Shown here in pieces: positions 15,180 through 27,773 of a DNA stretch of 64,000 nt (within the stretch, counting starts at the first letter, position 1; each line of letters opens with the position of its first letter). This DNA comes from Eledone cirrhosa (Eukaryota). Below the pieces are notes generated by a model. The model searched no databases. It worked only from the letters and a program-made list of their open reading frames with translations, and was not told the DNA's origin. The DNA lies in contig OZ024746.1 of NCBI GenBank assembly GCA_964016885.1, forward strand, positions 80,538,001 to 80,602,000, written 5' to 3'. A program made the position numbers and the translations under genes.

Positions 15180-15600
15180 TCCGTCAGTCGTTACAAGTAG
15201 GCGAATCCGTCGGTTCGTCATTTCGCCCGTTAGCCATGATTGACAGGCAATTCTTTCACGTGGAGCGCTAATGTATGCACACTGTCTGAGAGCGGCTGCG
15301 ATCTGACTGGTCAAGAGGTTAAGTACCTGTGCATACTTAATGAGGCCACGTGGGGAGGGGTGCCCTCTTCAGTCGATTGCAGTGTTTGTTGATAGGGCCA
15401 ATCAGTTGTTTCCCATATATGGGAAGTATATTGTTACTCAGAACTAATACCGCGTGTTGAATATTATACTGTGTGTGGCACCTTAACTGCGTGCTACAGT
15501 TAACCAAACTCCGCTAGTGTTTGCAAATTGACAATACTTTTTTCTCTCTCACTCACTCACTTCATTGCGAAAATCGGATTTTACTCGGAGAAAAAGATTT
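15180..15600 (+). promoter_or_regulatory. Probable Groucho/TLE promoter: TGATTGACAG (15237-15246), CACGTG (15257-15262, 15347-15352), GGCCAATCAG (CCAAT 15398-15402), CArG box CCATATATGG (15413-15422)
   Basis: CpG-rich, motif-dense block about 1.1 kb upstream of the start codon; the TSS cannot be determined from sequence. Confidence 0.65.
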
Positions 15601-16346
15601 TTGAGAGAGAAGAAAGATCACTACCACCAAGAGAAAGGAAAAAAGTTTAAAAATTATATATTTTTTACTAAAAATTACATAATATATATATATATTTACA
15701 CACGTATACATCTACATACATACATACACACACATATTTATATATATCATACTAGATATATATATATTTTAATTATACGGATATGTGTTTACATCATACA
15801 GCTTATTTAGTCTGAAAAAAAAAAAAAGGAAGTGTATTTATATATGTATATATATATATGTATTTAAATGTGTATATAAATATATATTTCCATCGCAACA
15901 CCAATTTTTAAAATCTTTTTTTTCTTTTTTTTTTTTTTCAACAACCTTTTTCTGAATCTGTTTCTGTAGTATTTTTTTTTAAACCACACCATAAATTTTG
16001 GATATGATTTTACGCCGGCATTTCGATTCATTTATACAGCGATCGCTGCTATTTTGAAAAAAAAAAAAAGATTAATATATATATATTATATATATATTTA
16101 TCTATTAAGCATTCTGGAGTTTACCTTTTATTTCGTGCGTGTTCTGATCTCTGTGCTTTATTTTTTTACTTTTTTTTACCAATTTTTTCTTCTCTCCAAT
16201 TCGAAAGTTCCGGATATTTACTTAAAAAAAACCAAGCAAATTCTTATTTTTGGATAAAGATAAATTTAAAAAAAAAAAAAGGAAAGAAAGGATATATATA
16301 TATATTATATATATATTGCTTTCAAAAAACCAAGAGGCTCGTTACG

Positions 16347-16376
16347 ATGGGCTGGCGTACCATGGACGAGCTTTGA
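16347..16376 (+). other. Candidate upstream ORF MGWRTMDEL* in the putative 5' UTR
   Basis: ACG-ATG-G and ACC-ATG-G (strong Kozak contexts) in one frame, ending TGA 154 nt before the main ATG. Confidence 0.45.
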
Positions 16377-16530
16377 AACCGCGGGAGAGAGGAGAGATAA
16401 AGACTCGTTCGATCGAACGACGACCCAGTAAGGAATTTAACTGGGCCGACAAAAAATTTTTTAATAATCGTTTTTACGTACTCCCACCAAAACGGATTGT
16501 ATGTGGCATATTGTCTAAATATCTACAAAT

Positions 16531-16551
16531 ATGTATCCAAACCGGCATCCT
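16531..16551 (+). CDS. gro/TLE: Groucho/TLE co-repressor, coding exon 1 (MYPNRHP)
   Basis: ATG TAT CCA AAC CGG CAT CCT then GTAAGT donor; matches the M(F/Y)P..RHP start of TLE proteins; phase 0. Confidence 0.9.
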
Positions 16552-17683
16552 GTAAGTTTTGTTTTTTGTTTTAATTCTACGCACTATTACAATTGCCTTT
16601 TGTTATGTATTCTATGTTGAGTGTGTGTATGAGAGACAGATTTTTACTCCATTTAATAGTTATTTCATATATATATGTATTGTGTATATACACGAACTCA
16701 TAGAAACACAATCTCTACTGCGTGTGTGTGTATATATATATACGAACACGTATCTGTATATATACTCTAACTTTATACACACACACATACAGATAGACAC
16801 TAAACACTTTATTTATTACTGGCGACAAAGCCCATTACATGTTATATAGACTTATCAAATAAATTAGAAAGCTAAATATTTTTAGCGTTGTTATTCTTTA
16901 TAAACTAATTAATTTAATTAAACAGTTTGTTCTAAATCTAATTTCATTCACACGACAAGGCAAGGTTATGTGTTTGTACCTCCCCCCTCCAAATGTCTCT
17001 TAAATAAGAACAAAGTTCTCCCCATCCTTCCTTAAAATATCCGTTTATTATTTTTTCTCTAATACCATTTAAAGCATACACTCATATATATATATATATA
17101 GTTAAAACTTTTCTCTTCAATACATTTTACACACTGCTCACGTGTATTGAGTGCTCGTTCAATTAATGTTTTAAGTACATTTTTATTTAAAATACCTACT
17201 TTAGTATATATATATAAACACTATCTACTGGTAGTTTAATTTTACTCATATTTCCATTAGTCACCGTGAATAAACACCACTAACTCTCAGCTCTCTAGAT
17301 AGCTACAGATAATTTAAGGGTCTTCTGTCCCGTTTTTCATGAATCTCAACTTATACATTTCAGCCCACATGTTATTCCTCTCTCCTTTCCCCTATCTTTT
17401 ATACTCATTGACCACATGCTGAAACTATTCAGAAATGTAGGCCCACTCACGCTCACTCTCTATCTGTTTCCATTAATATATATATAAAAATGTCCTTATC
17501 CCTTTCTCTTTCATAGAGTATTTTATGTACAGATGTTCACGTATATGTGTATATACACTATATAAACACGTACTAAAATATTTCCCAATGCTTCTTGTAG
17601 TTTTAATTAGGTTTTTTTCTGTGCCAATAAAATGCGTAAACTACAGAATCGTTTGTTTCCCCCCATTATTATTGGCCCTCTGG

Positions 17684-17835
17684 GTGGTGGATTGGTAGAA
17701 TTGCGGTATTTCGGCTTTTTACGTTGAAATCCTACTCAGAGGTCAATGAAATAAGGTACCAGTTAATTACTGAGGTCGATCGATATAAATCGACTTTCCC
17801 TTCGTCCCAAAATTGGTGGCTTTGTGTCGTAGTTA
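17684..17835 (+). mobile_element. Degenerate copy of SINE family A (GGATTGGCAG head; ATAAAGTACCAG body)
   Basis: Similar to the better preserved copies at 33872, 49389 and 54920. Confidence 0.6.
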
Positions 17836-18152
17836 CCAAAATCTGCCCACATGTAAATACGATTCCAAAACCCACCTTTCGTCTCTCTACTTTTTAAGAA
17901 GTTTTAAATAATTTTAAGACCATATAAAGCTGTGCTGAGACACTTAAGTTTAATTAGAAATACGACACAGGACGAACGAAATAGTTTGAATACAAATACA
18001 AACAATTCCATTGAGTCATTTCTTTGCATATTTCCTATTTTTTTTCCAATCACCTTCTAGTTTTTTTTCTTACACATATTGTTTTGACTTTAAAGTGTGT
18101 GTGTTTATGTGTTGTACGTGTGTTGTGTGTAAATATTTTCCTATCTTTCTAG

Positions 18153-18250
18153 AATCCACATCAACCTGGGCAGCCGTTTAAGTTCACAGTCGCTGAATCA
18201 TGTGACAGAATCAAAGAGGAGTTCAGTTTTTTACAAGCACAGTATCACAA
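18153..18250 (+). CDS. gro/TLE: Groucho/TLE coding exon 2 ([32 protein letters not shown]+2 nt)
   Basis: Pyrimidine tract and AG acceptor, GTGAGT donor; hallmark Q-domain motif [21 protein letters not shown]. Confidence 0.97.
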
Positions 18251-18340
18251 GTGAGTTGGGTGTTTTTTTTGTTTTTTTTTCAGCATGTACGCATGTCATC
18301 AATATATGTGTATGGTATGTATAACTGAATGTATGGATGC

Positions 18341-18379
<39 letters not shown>

Positions 18380-18703
18380 TGCATGTTTCTGTGTATTTAT
18401 ATTTAAATACACATATAGACACAAGTGTATATAAGTATCATTTCAATTCCTTTAAATACTTGTGTATGTAATTAATTTCACACACACATAGACATATATA
18501 TATATAGATATATATATATATACAAGTATTAGGTTTTCCTTGGAGACTCTAGGAATTTTCGTCCGTGATCACAAGTTATTGTTTGTGAAAAAAGAACAAG
18601 GAACCATCTGTATGTGTGGGGTACAAGTGGAATAGGAAATAGATGTGGATAGTCTAGAATAAATTTCTCCTTTTTGTAAGTAGCTTAGTATATGTAACAG
18701 GAG

Positions 18704-18734
<31 letters not shown>

Positions 18735-19696
18735 TGTGATCTGTTGGATTAGTTTTAGTTAGTTTAATGCCCGTGTGTGTGTGTTGCAACCAATGTTCGT
18801 GTGAAATGGACCTTGGCGTGAATAGGGAGATAATTATATATATATATATATATATAATCATCATCATCGTCGTTTAACGTCATTTTTTTTTTCATAGGAG
18901 GATATATAGTTAGTCAGGCAGTTAGTTCATTATTAGTTTTTGAACCGCTTGCTTACTTACTTACTAGTAGTACTATTAAATAGAGCATGACAAATTAATA
19001 CTAGTTTTATGGCAGTAGTAAGTAGTATATAGCATGGGTGGCTGGGTAAGTGTTTCCTGTCCGCTTTGATGATCAATCAGACTTATAACTATCAATTATT
19101 TGATTATTCATCACTACCACCACCATCGCCGCTGTCGTTAGTAAATATTATTACTGTTGTTTAACAAGATTGGTTGACTTCACAGTACAGATAACTAAAG
19201 AAAATAGTTGAATAAATCGAGCAATGTTACTCCTCTTGGAAACGGAAAATGTGGACAGAAACGCCTGCGTGTTAATAATATTGTCCTCCACGGTTTTAAT
19301 GTGTTTCTATTAATTAGGAATGACTGTCGGAGAGAAAGAGAAGTAAAATGGATGGATGCAAATTTGATGTTGATAGATAGCACTCACTGATAGTTTAGTG
19401 TTAATTAAGCTTCACCCATTATAATCATCGTTGGTGTCATTAACCTACTTTGTTTTCGTTTTATTTATTTGTGAAATCTTTTTATTTTATCTCTCTCCTC
19501 TGTCTGCTGCTGCCACTCCCCAGCTCCTCATCACTATATCATTATTGTGATGATGATGATTATTATTAGTCTTATTGTGACATTGTTATTATAATATAGT
19601 TACACATTATACACACTGTTCACCGATGTTGACTAAACTGATTGTGTGTCTGTGTGTGTCCGATTTGATCACGTCTACACTCTTTAACCTTCCTTG

Positions 19697-19738
<42 letters not shown>

Positions 19739-19741
<3 letters not shown>

Positions 19742-19877
19742 CGAAGGAAATGTGGTAAGGAACCAGATGGACCATAACGCACCAGAGTACTCAATACTTA
19801 GGGTAGTACAGTGGGTAATAGGAAATAGCCGTCGAAACGGCTTGAACTCTGCCGTCGGGGTCATACTTTTTTCCTAT
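19739..19877 (-). mobile_element. Short (TA)n-inserted element, probable Penelope-like terminus with an inverted hammerhead 3' half; second copy at 54169-54387
   Basis: First ~85 bp nearly identical to 54169-54255; flanked by (TA)n; contains GAAACGGC..GCCGTC. Confidence 0.7.
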
Positions 19878-21098
19878 ATATATTATTATGTTTAGTATAT
19901 TTATATCCTGTTCTCATCGTAAAAATCAGTTTTCTTTATTGATTTCGAATGTGTGTAATATATATATATACACACACACACAGTAGTGTGTGTATGATTC
20001 TCTATATGTGTGATATAAATAAACCCATTTTATGATTCACCCATTCGTTCGTCTGTCTACATCTTTCCGTTTTCCATTTGAGAGAGAAAGAAATCAATCT
20101 CTCTTCATCCAACCATCTTTCCCATAGACTTTTATCATTATTATTACTACCGTTGTTGTTATTATTATATCTGATTAGACTATACCACTTGTGAAATGTG
20201 CCGTGTATTTATACGCAGCTATATTTAGACAAATCTCATTTCGCCTGACAAATTAATCTACCTTAGATTCGATGGTGGTGTCGGTGGTTTGGTAGAGACG
20301 GCCAAGTAGTTGATGATTTTGTAGTGTTCAAAAAGCAGCACAAGTGAATAGTTGGTGGTGATGGAGGAGATAGATGAGAGGGTTTTTGCTTTTAATACGA
20401 GCAAGATAGACAGTGAGAGCATGGTGGAAATGAAATGTACTTTCAGCTTGTCTGTTTTAGTGTGTGTGTATATATTTTAGTTACCGCTAAATGTCCGCTG
20501 TTTATTATTACTACTTCTGTATTGCATTTGCCATTGTATAAATACATCTATCCTTTGCTTTGTGTGTGTGTGTGTGTAGGTTTGTGTATGTATACATATT
20601 TTTGTACGTCTGAGTAAGTATACACACACACACACATACATTTGTGTAGGTCCATTATGTGTTAGTTTATCTCCTAATCATATATAATATGTGTATGTAT
20701 GTATTCATCCATGAAATACATCTGTGTGTTCTACTGGCTTTTACCTCTCTTCCCTCTCCCTCTCTCCTACTCCATTAATGTGCTTGCTTTTCCGTTTGGT
20801 TCTCGCGCGACCCCTCTTCCTTCTCTCCTTTTTATACTCTCCCCCTCCGTCTATTCCATCATGGCTTTCTTTTCCATATTCCTCTCCCTCCCTCCCTCCC
20901 ATTTATTCACCACGTCTTTCACTTCACTTCACATCATCACCACCACCACCACCACCAATTTACTTGTGCTGCCGTTCTACAGAATTATTGTTAATGATGT
21001 CTAAAGGAAGAGAAGTGTCTGTAGTGAGCCTGAAGTGATGGTGGAGCTGAAGGAGAGGAGAGTTTTTAGGAAACAGAAAGAACAAGGAGTGTATGACT

Positions 21099-21130
<32 letters not shown>

Positions 21131-22074
21131 GTGTGTGTGTCGGGAGGAGAGAGAGTTGGATTGGAACAAGAGCGATACACTCAGTCGTTCGTTTTATTGA
21201 TCTCTTATTCTGAAGTAGCGTTCTTCTAATTTCTCAAATTAACGCCTTTCAATAAACCACTATTCTATCATAGCCTTTCTATTCATCCCTCCGTCCTACA
21301 CCCCGTTCTCTTTTCCTCATTCCCTCATTCCTATACTTCTCATATACTTTCTCCCTCTCTCACTCTCCCCCCTCTTTATATCACTCCTCGCTTCATGTCT
21401 CCATGACTTCCAATATATTTTAATGATTTTATTTACTCTTTCCCACTGTTTGTTCCCATCGCTCTCTCTTTCTGTCTCCAGTTTTCTGTTTTCTTTACTA
21501 CATATAAACACAGACTCTAATTAAATAATTTTTAAACTACCGACTTTCCTCTCTCTCTTTTTGTGTATATATTTGGTATAACTTAATGCAAAATATCTCC
21601 AATTAACACTTAATTAACCGTTTGAATTAGGTCAAATTTGAATGAACTATTCTACACAGATTCGTCGAAATGCATCTCTCGCTCTACACACACGCACACA
21701 CTAATACCGTTTATAGGTGTCATGTATAGGTGACCCGCCACTATTTAAGATACTTCATTACAGAAAACACAATTCTCTAAGTGGTATAGTTGTACACATG
21801 TGTGAAGTATGTTACAAAAAATAAAAATAAGGTTTATTTTATCTACACCAATGTGTATATTTATATTATATCAAGTTCCCGAAACTGGTGCAGCCAAACA
21901 TTTGACTGCATGTCTAATCAAGGCATTTCAATCGAGTATGATTTGGTGTGCAGCATGGACTGTTCATTTTGTCTGTGTAGTTGTAAATAGATACACACAT
22001 ATCCCACTCGACTCTTCTAGACCTTAATCCAACAGAACGTCCAAGAAAACTAGAGAGATAGATGGATGGATGGA

Positions 22075-22230
22075 TATACTCCAGCAGTTGACTGATACAT
22101 TATTTTTATCGACTCTTAATAATGAACAGCAAAGTTGGCTTCGGCGGAATTTGAACTTAGAACGTGAGGATCCGGAACAAATACCGCAGGCAAATATCCG
22201 ACACTTAACGATTCCGCCAATTCACCGCCA
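22075..22230 (-). mobile_element. SINE family A copy
   Basis: Reverse complement of the GGCGGTGAATTGGCGGAATCG head, GTTCAAATT B-box-like motif and GTCGATAAAAATAA body. Confidence 0.7.
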
Positions 22231-22829
22231 TATGTATGTGTGTGTGTCTGTGTGAGAAACAGAGAGAGAGGTAGAATATTTACATATATAGGTGTGTTTG
22301 TGTGTTCAGATTAAATAGTGGAAGGGCAATTTATTTCTAGTCTATAAAAAAAAAAATGTTATTCGTTATTACAATAGATGTTTGCTCTCTATATTTACAC
22401 GTAGATCGATGAATGTATACATACACATAGTGTAAACATATGTGTGCTGTTACATATGTACTTTCCGAGTATGTGGTGTGTGTGTGTGTGCACTGTTCCA
22501 TACCTGCTTTACTACATACGAGGGGAACAGGTAATGGGGACCTGGATGCTCGGTTTTTATTGATCCATTATACTGAACCAGCAGTGTACCCCCCCCCCCC
22601 CCCCCATTCCTCCTCGCCTCCATCTCTTTCTCTCACTCTCACATACAAACATGTATCTATATATATGTATGTATATATTAAATTTTCAATTGTGCTTATC
22701 GAATCTTTCTCCTCCTTCAACATATTCTATGTACCATACATACATAAGCAGTAATTCACTTCCTATATAAATAGATGTGGGTGTGTGTGTGTGTGTGAGT
22801 AGATATAGATTAAATAAATCGTGTGTACG

Positions 22830-23430
22830 TGAATAGAAAGATGTTTGTGTGTGTGTAGATATAGAGATAGATGTGTGTGTAGATATAGATAGATGTGTGT
22901 TAATAGATATATGGATGCGTGTAAGTGGATATATTGACTGATATGTGTAGATATATCGGTAGATTGTGTGTGTGTGTAGATATACAGATGGATGTGTGTG
23001 TAGATATACAGATGGATGTATGTGTAGATATACAAATGGATGTGTGTAGATATACAGATACAGATGGATGTGTATGTAGACATACAGATGGATGTGTTTG
23101 TGTGTAGCTATATAGTTGTGTGTGTGTGTGTGTGTAGATATACAGATGAATGTGTGTGTGTAGATGTACAGATGAGTGTAGATATATAGGTGAGTGTGTA
23201 TAGATGTCCAGATGGATGTGTAGATATACAGATTGATGTGTGTGTCGATGTACAGATGGATGTATGTAGATGTACAGTTGGATGTGTATGTAAGTATACA
23301 GATGGAGGTGTATGTGTGTAGATGTATATAGATAAACGTGTGTATGTAGATGTATATAGATAAACGTGTGTGTAGATCTAGACGTGTGTGTATGTGTAGA
23401 TATAGATAGATGTGTGTATGTAGCTATACA
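22830..23430. repeat. Degenerate minisatellite ~GTGTGTAGATATACAGATGGAT (22-26 bp unit)
   Basis: Tandem degenerate units visible. Confidence 0.85.
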
Positions 23431-23746
23431 TATATATAGATGTGTGAATAAATAGATTAATAGATATATTTATAAATATTTTCTTAAAATTTATCCAACT
23501 CTCTCTCTCTCTCTCGCTATTTACTTAATCCATTATTTATTCTAATTTAGATATATCCTTGTCTATTGACATAAACAGTAAAATAAATAGTGGAAAATTA
23601 TGTTATATAATTAAATATCCTTTTATGTGTGTGTGTGTGTGTGTGGTGGTGTTGTTGTTTGTGTGTGTCTGTATGTGTGTTTTTAATGAAGTCTTATCTT
23701 AATTGATCCCGAAAGCTGAAATGGTGTTATCTTTTTTGTTTTCTAG

Positions 23747-23810
23747 TCTCAAGATGGAATGTGAAAAACTTGCACAGGAAAAAACAGAAATGCAACGACA
23801 TTACGTCATG
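23747..23810 (+). CDS. gro/TLE: Groucho/TLE coding exon 3 ([22 protein letters not shown])
   Basis: TTTTCTAG acceptor, GTAAGT donor; 64 nt; phase-compatible with exon 2 (AA+T = Asn); conserved Q-domain sequence. Confidence 0.97.
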
Positions 23811-24235
23811 GTAAGTGTCAGCCTCTCTCTCTTTCTCTCTGTGTTTAAGCTCTATTTGGCTTCTGTGAAAGTTTAGTTTTTCAGGTAGTATATGTATGTA
23901 TGTGTGGCCAAGTGCTTCTCTATACACCAACTCAATACACACAAATGTTTCTTAATGCTTAAAGGTTTGTCCTAATTTAAAAAAAAAAAAGAGATTAAGG
24001 AGAATGGAGTGGGGTAAACATTTATTCATAGAGCCAGAAGTAGTGTCATTTATGGCATCAATTAGACACCACAATGTCAGTTCTGTGTTCAAACCATGCC
24101 GGCATCGGTTTTGCTTCTGTGTGAGTGTGTGTGTGTATATATAAACTCTAAGGCGATAGTATAATATATTAGATTGGTATAACTCAATTCTCTGCTTCCT
24201 TGCAAGTTAATCTATATATATATATATATATATAG

Positions 24236-24406
24236 TAATAATAATAAATTTGAAGACTAAAATCCAAAGAGGGCTCGATAAGGATAAATATATATCAAAT
24301 ATAGAAGAACCGTAGAGCAAATATTTATTAAAATAACAGATTAAAGTTTAAGCAAAGAATCGCTGCTTTCACCTAAGCGATTCTTTGCTTAAACTTTAAT
24401 CTGTTA

Positions 24407-24414
<8 letters not shown>
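24236..24414 (-). mobile_element. (TA)n-inserted element ending in a perfect 39-bp inverted repeat (24326-24364 / 24376-24414)
   Basis: Arms are exact reverse complements with an 11-nt loop; flanked by (TA)n on both sides. Confidence 0.7.
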
Positions 24415-24453
<39 letters not shown>

Positions 24454-24455
<2 letters not shown>

Positions 24456-24795
24456 AGGCACATGGCTTAGTGGTTAGAGCATTGGCCTTGCAATCGAAAG
24501 GTTGTGAGTTCAATTCTCAGACCGGGTGATGTGTTGTTTCCTTGAGCAAGACACTTTATTTCAGATTGCTCCAGTTTATTCAGCTGTAGAAATGAGATGA
24601 TAGGGACTGGGGTCCATATCATCCCACTGCAAAGTAGTCGTGCAGGTGCCACGGCAAAAAAGCACCCAGCACTCACTGTAAATGAGGTTGGTGTTAGGAA
24701 GGGCATCCAGCTGTAGAAATCAAGCCAGAATCAGTTCCCGTCCCACCCTTGCAAGCAGGGAAAAAGCGGACGTAAAATGACATGATGATGAATGA
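24454..24795 (+). mobile_element. tRNA-derived SINE family B (CORE-like body, RTE-LINE-derived 3' tail)
   Basis: A box TGGCTTAGTGG, B box GAGTTCAATTC, CCTTGAGCAAGACACTT body, tail GGTGTTAGGAAGGGCATCCAGC...GGACGTAAAATGA(TGA)n shared with the RTE fragment at 39470-40036. Confidence 0.85.
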
Positions 24796-26362
24796 TATAT
24801 ATATATATATATAGATGATGATGATGATGATGTATACACATACATTTAATATAAACGAGAGAATGAGTAGTCAATACCATAATATAAATTTAGGTTTATT
24901 AAAGTCGAGTTTGTATTGTTTCTTACAATGTCTTCATACCCTGTAGAACAAGAGAAGCACCACTGACTTGACCATATATATAATGTAGGTATAGTAGTCT
25001 CTCATCTTTCTAAATTCTTAAAGGTTCTTATAGCAAAGAACTTTGTATCGGAGTACGTTGTGCAAAACCTTCAGAGACGGTTTATTGTAGGGTGTATTTT
25101 AAGGACATTTTAGAACTTCTGTACAAAACTTTGTGGCAGGTGCCATGATCAAGTCTTTGATTTTTCTCTGAATCTGAAAAGCATTTTTAATGGTGGCTAT
25201 TCTTAACATTTTATGAGTGTTTTAAGTCTTTTAACCATCATTTACCATGTAAGCACATGTAATATTTAACAGGAAAATGTAAACTTAACTGTACAAAATT
25301 ATATATAAAACTACACAAGAAGGGGTCAACTACACATTAAAGTAATCACTCGATTATTGAAAAGCTTTAATATCCAATCTTATCCCTTATTCCCAATCAT
25401 GAATCAATAACTGCATTCACTGATTTGTATTTATCGGTTAGGGTCTATGTTAACATTGATCCATTGGCTAGGAGATGAGGTTTTATTGTATCATTGCATT
25501 CTCAGGGTCTGGTACATAGCTGTTATAAAACACTTTCAGACTACTTCTTATATAGTTTTTCCTTCCTGTCTACGATAGAATTGATTTTTGCCTTCAATTA
25601 CTAATATATTGGCAAACGTTTTCAATCTCCTTGCCATACTTATTACACACACTTGATTTTCATTGCTTCAATTTACACGTTGCGTGCAGTTTTGTATGTT
25701 ACATTTGTTAGCAATATAATCTTTGCATATTGGACATAGTGTATAAAGTGTTAACTACATCATAGCTACACAGTATATATTATATTTCCTTTTCATTAAC
25801 TTGGTACTTGATAATGCGATATTCAAGCCAGAACAGGAAGCTGGGCAAATAGGCCAGTTGGTATGGGCCTTCCTTGCCTCAAACTTCTAGTTCTTTTATT
25901 CTATTCTATTACTTGTAAGCATATAACCCCGTGTAGTACATAACAAGTATATATCATGATCACCATTTAAAATCTATTTTCCATGCTTCCATGGGTTAGA
26001 TGTGTTGTTGCATTCTGTGGCTAGTTGATCACATCTTGCTCATGTTCCATTTCTGGCTTGGTTTCTGTGACTGGATGCCCTTCTAAACATCAATAACTTT
26101 ACAGCGTGTACTGGGAGCATTTTATCGTGGCACCAACATTGCCACATTATACTCACATATATATATTTACAGCTGTAACCAATATAAATAAATGCAAGAT
26201 ATTTAGTAAACTATCAATGAACAATTTGAAATGAGGGCTTAAATTTCACATCTGGCTCAGGTCTATCAGCTTTTGGGACATTTTTGCTTTATGTTCTAGT
26301 TCTTTTTTCTGTTACTTGTAAGCATATACTCCACGTGTGTATGTGTGCATATATATATATAT

Positions 26363-26587
26363 ATCATCATCATCTTCGTTTAACGTCCACCTTCCACGCT
26401 AGCATGGGTTAGACGAGAGTTGTCCCACTTGAGGCAAGGCTAGTCGGATGACCGTGTCTCGTTCATATAGGACTATCTGGCAGGTTTTCTACGGCTCGAT
26501 GCCCTTCCTAACACCAACCACATTTACAGTGTGGAACTGGGAACTTTTTACTGTTACCTACATGGCCACATTACAGCATGGACTGTG

Positions 26588-26592
<5 letters not shown>
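26363..26592 (-). mobile_element. RTE LINE 3' UTR fragment with (ATC)n tail; more degenerate pieces at ~25960-26140, ~39120-39330(+), ~40760-40935(+), ~44115-44420, ~61425-61620, ~63780-63880
   Basis: Colinear with 39470-39700. Confidence 0.85.
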
Positions 26593-26630
<38 letters not shown>

Positions 26631-27054
26631 AACTCATACATAAATATCATAGGTATTAGCATTGATTTAAATGCTACATAACGAGCAGTTTGAAAGGAGG
26701 CCTAGATTTCACATCTGGTCGAGGTCTGTTACCAGTTTTACCTCAACCTGTGTACGATATATTTATGAGATATTTGACTAAAGTTTGAATGTTTCCTGCT
26801 CACAGTAAAAACCTCCTTAAACTGAAAATAGTTTTTCAATCATATTTACACACACACACACCACATGCAGATCCGTTAAGACATTAGACGAAACGCCACA
26901 CATACATATATTATACATATATTGATGTTAAAAAGGTCTCCTACTGTAAAACATTGCCCTCAAAAATCGCTGCCTAACTCAAACCAGCATGGAAAAATGA
27001 CCGTAATAAAGATCATACATACATACCGTCTCCCCAATTCAACTCGTAATTGTA

Positions 27055-27162
27055 TGGGTGAACCTGAGAGACTACAGAAGACACTTGCCCACGGTGGACC
27101 AGTGTAATCGAACCCGGAAACACATAGGTTGCTAAGCAAACTTCATAACCACACAGCCATGT
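27055..27162 (-). mobile_element. tRNA-derived CORE-like SINE fragment; related copy at ~35563-35698 (-)
   Basis: Reverse complement shows CATGGCTGTGTGGTT A box, GGTTCGATT B box and GGGCAAGTGTCTTC body. Confidence 0.65.
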
Positions 27163-27609
27163 TTGCTAAAATCAAACACGTAACACTTTTTTTTTTTCTG
27201 TTTTATAAAAAGTTAAGATCTTTAGCCTGAATTATTCCTAATCTTGTGATAGTTATTATCCGCAACAAAAATGTCAAGATCTTGTTGAGTGGCGTATTTT
27301 CGAGTTTTCTTTATCATTCTTTATCGCTTGTTCACTGGTTCATTGTGCAAATCATTTCAAATCATTGTTGTTTCTTTGAAATTTTGACCGATTTTCTGTT
27401 TCTGTTTATGTGTGTTTATTTTACTTTGGATGGATGGTTTCAGTTCCAAACCATGAGAATATCTTCTTGAAGAGATAAGATGAAAGAATAGGGCAAATCA
27501 TATGATGGAAGTGTTTTGTTTTTGTTTTGTTTTTTGAGAAGTTAAAAACTTAGGATTAAAGTCTATGATGTGTTACATCATAGATTGTCTATATATCTAT
27601 ATGTTTATA

Positions 27610-27773
27610 TAAAACACTTCAATAGTGTTTCGTCTACGTGTGTTTATATTATATAATTCAAGAATTATATATGATATATGTATCTATATGTTTATATACA
27701 TACATATATCATATATAATTCTTGAATTATATAATATAAACACACGTAGACGAAACACTATTGAAGTGTTTTA
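27610..27773. repeat. Perfect 74-bp inverted repeat (27610-27683 / 27700-27773), 16-nt spacer
   Basis: Arms are exact reverse complements; the spacer duplicates the left flank (TATCTATATGTTTATATA). Confidence 0.9.

Noticed and set aside
24454-24530. tRNA gene calls at SINE heads
   Set aside because: A and B boxes are present but there is no complete cloverleaf, and they continue into SINE bodies.
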